Shown here one piece after another: positions 62,562-64,000 of a DNA stretch of 64,000 bases (the first letter of the stretch is position 1; each line of letters starts with the position of its first letter). The notes below the pieces were generated by a model. The model searched no databases and was not told where the DNA came from. It was given only the letters and a program-made list of their open reading frames with translations. The position numbers were made by a program, and so were the translations under genes. The stretch is taken from the NCBI RefSeq assembly GCF_011386835.1, contig NC_088796.1, positions 7,378,001 through 7,442,000 of the forward strand, written 5' to 3'. The DNA comes from Chrysemys picta bellii (lineage: Eukaryota).

Positions 62562-62740
62562 TAAGGTTGCCACCTTTCTAATGGTTGGTAACCAAACCCG
62601 CGAGGTCCCGCCCCTCTTCTTCCCCCCCCAAGGCCCTAACCCTGCTCCACCTCTTCCCCCCCCAACGCCCCTCCCCTGCTCCAACTCTTCCCCTCATGGC
62701 CCCACCCCCGTCGTTCGCTTCTCTCCTCCCCTCCCAGTCT
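62562..62740 (+). mobile_element. hAT-like element 5' fragment with C-rich subterminal repeats
   Basis: TAAGGTTGCCACCTTTCTAAT start followed by CCCGCCCCT/CCCTGCTCC repeats; no right end. Confidence 0.5.
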
Positions 62741-63292
62741 GTAGGGTACATCTGCCCATATATCCTAGGGGTAATAAGCACAATTTACACACACACAGGG
62801 GGATTTTCATTTACAGACGTTCATTTGAACTTCTCCATTTACACAAATACACACACACACAGAGTGGGAGGTTTGCTTCATTAGCACTGTTCTGCGGAGC
62901 AGGGAAAGGGAGCTCTCCCTTTTGCACGGTCAGCTGGGTGATAGGGAGAATTCCCCCTACATTTACACGGATGCACAGATAGGGGGAGAGACTCCCCTTA
63001 TTTGCACTAGTATCGGAGAGAGAAGAAGGTCCCACCCACTTGCACACACAGTGGGAGTGTGGGAGGAAGAGAAACAGGTGCTCCCCCAAATGGCCCCTGG
63101 ACACACTAGCTGAAACCTGTCCAGGTGAAAACCAGATGGGTGGCATCCCTAACATGGACACTAGAGAGTAAAGAAGAGCAGGGAACCTTCCCCTGCACCA
63201 CACACACACTAATGCACACGAGCAGGGCACAGACATAACCTAGCTATAAAGCATTGAGGACGGCAGCCAGTCCAGCAATGACCAGCTCTACG

Positions 63293-63644
63293 TAGGGTTT
63301 CCACCCGTCCTGTTTTCACCCAGAAAGTCTGGGTTTTGACTTGTGTGTCCAGGGGCCATTTGACAAGGCCCGTTTTCCATTTTTTGGTGTGGTTATTATT
63401 ATTTTTTTTAATTTGGAAACTGCTCACTGCCAGTTTGAATTTAACCCACTGAGAGATTTTTACCCAGCAAATGCTCACCACCCTCGTGAGGAAGGGGACA
63501 GAGCACAGCCAATCACAGCCTGGCACCCTGACCGGCCAGCCAATCACAGCCTGCAGCCCTCCCTGTCCCACCCACTCCCACCCACCCAACTGGGGAAAGT
63601 TTAGAGTTTCTCAGCCTGGAGTTTGGCAGGATGTGGGAACTCGG
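63293..63644. mobile_element. hAT-like non-autonomous element (degenerate)
   Basis: TAGGGTTTCCACCCGTCC left end with a partial match GGATGTGGGAACTC on the right; internal CCAATCACAGCC duplicated; no TSD. Confidence 0.4.
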
Positions 63645-64000
63645 CAGGTGTGCAATAAAAATGTGTGTGTGTGTGCGCTCCCCTCCTCTCCTCACTCAGG
63701 TGAGTGTGCTGCAGTTACAGTAGACAGGATACACATCATTTTTAAAAGGATATAAACCCACATGCTTCATGGCAAAAGCCAACCACTAACTGAAAGGGGT
63801 CAGGAAGAAACTTCTACTCTGGGCTGTTTATTCCATAACTGTCCACTATATGGTTTTGTGATGAGGCAGATAGGCCCACAATGACAATGAGAGGGTTAAG
63901 GAGAGCCTGTGGGCTGAACTGGTCACACCAGCAGCAAATGTCAGGCATGGAGGGGTGTGAAAAGAAGGAGAAGTAGCCTAGGTCAGGGCTGACTAGGAAG

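Overview
Eukaryotic non-coding DNA, inferred to be turtle (Testudines) from its repeat content: a tRNA-head/CR1-tail polIII SINE, CR1 LINEs with (TTCTATGA)n tails, and abundant hAT and PIF/Harbinger elements. I recognise no host protein-coding exon, so the window looks intergenic or deep-intronic. Most ORFs in the supplied track are spurious or belong to decayed transposon ORFs (CR1 ORF2, a Harbinger transposase, a Penelope-like ORF, possibly RTE). The window holds about 12 CR1 fragments, 5-6 solo LTRs, 8 or more hAT-type MITEs (several with 8-bp TSDs), 2 Harbinger MITEs plus a fossil Harbinger transposase, CORE-SINE remnants and a 156-N gap. The main finding is that short Penelope-like (PLE) terminal-repeat insertions from two sequence-distinct families carry a minimal type-I hammerhead ribozyme motif: stem I - CUGAAGA - A - stem II - GAAA - GC - UU - stem I'. 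The core is shared, while stem I co-varies between families (GCAU/AUGC versus GAC/GUC). Stem III is reduced to the self-complementary AGCU, which implies a dimeric ribozyme. These insertions have 12-13-bp TSDs and inverted 5' segments, and in 4 of 5 ribozyme-bearing copies the element boundary sits at the 5' edge of the ribozyme. All identities and coordinates were read by eye; no database search or folding program was run.
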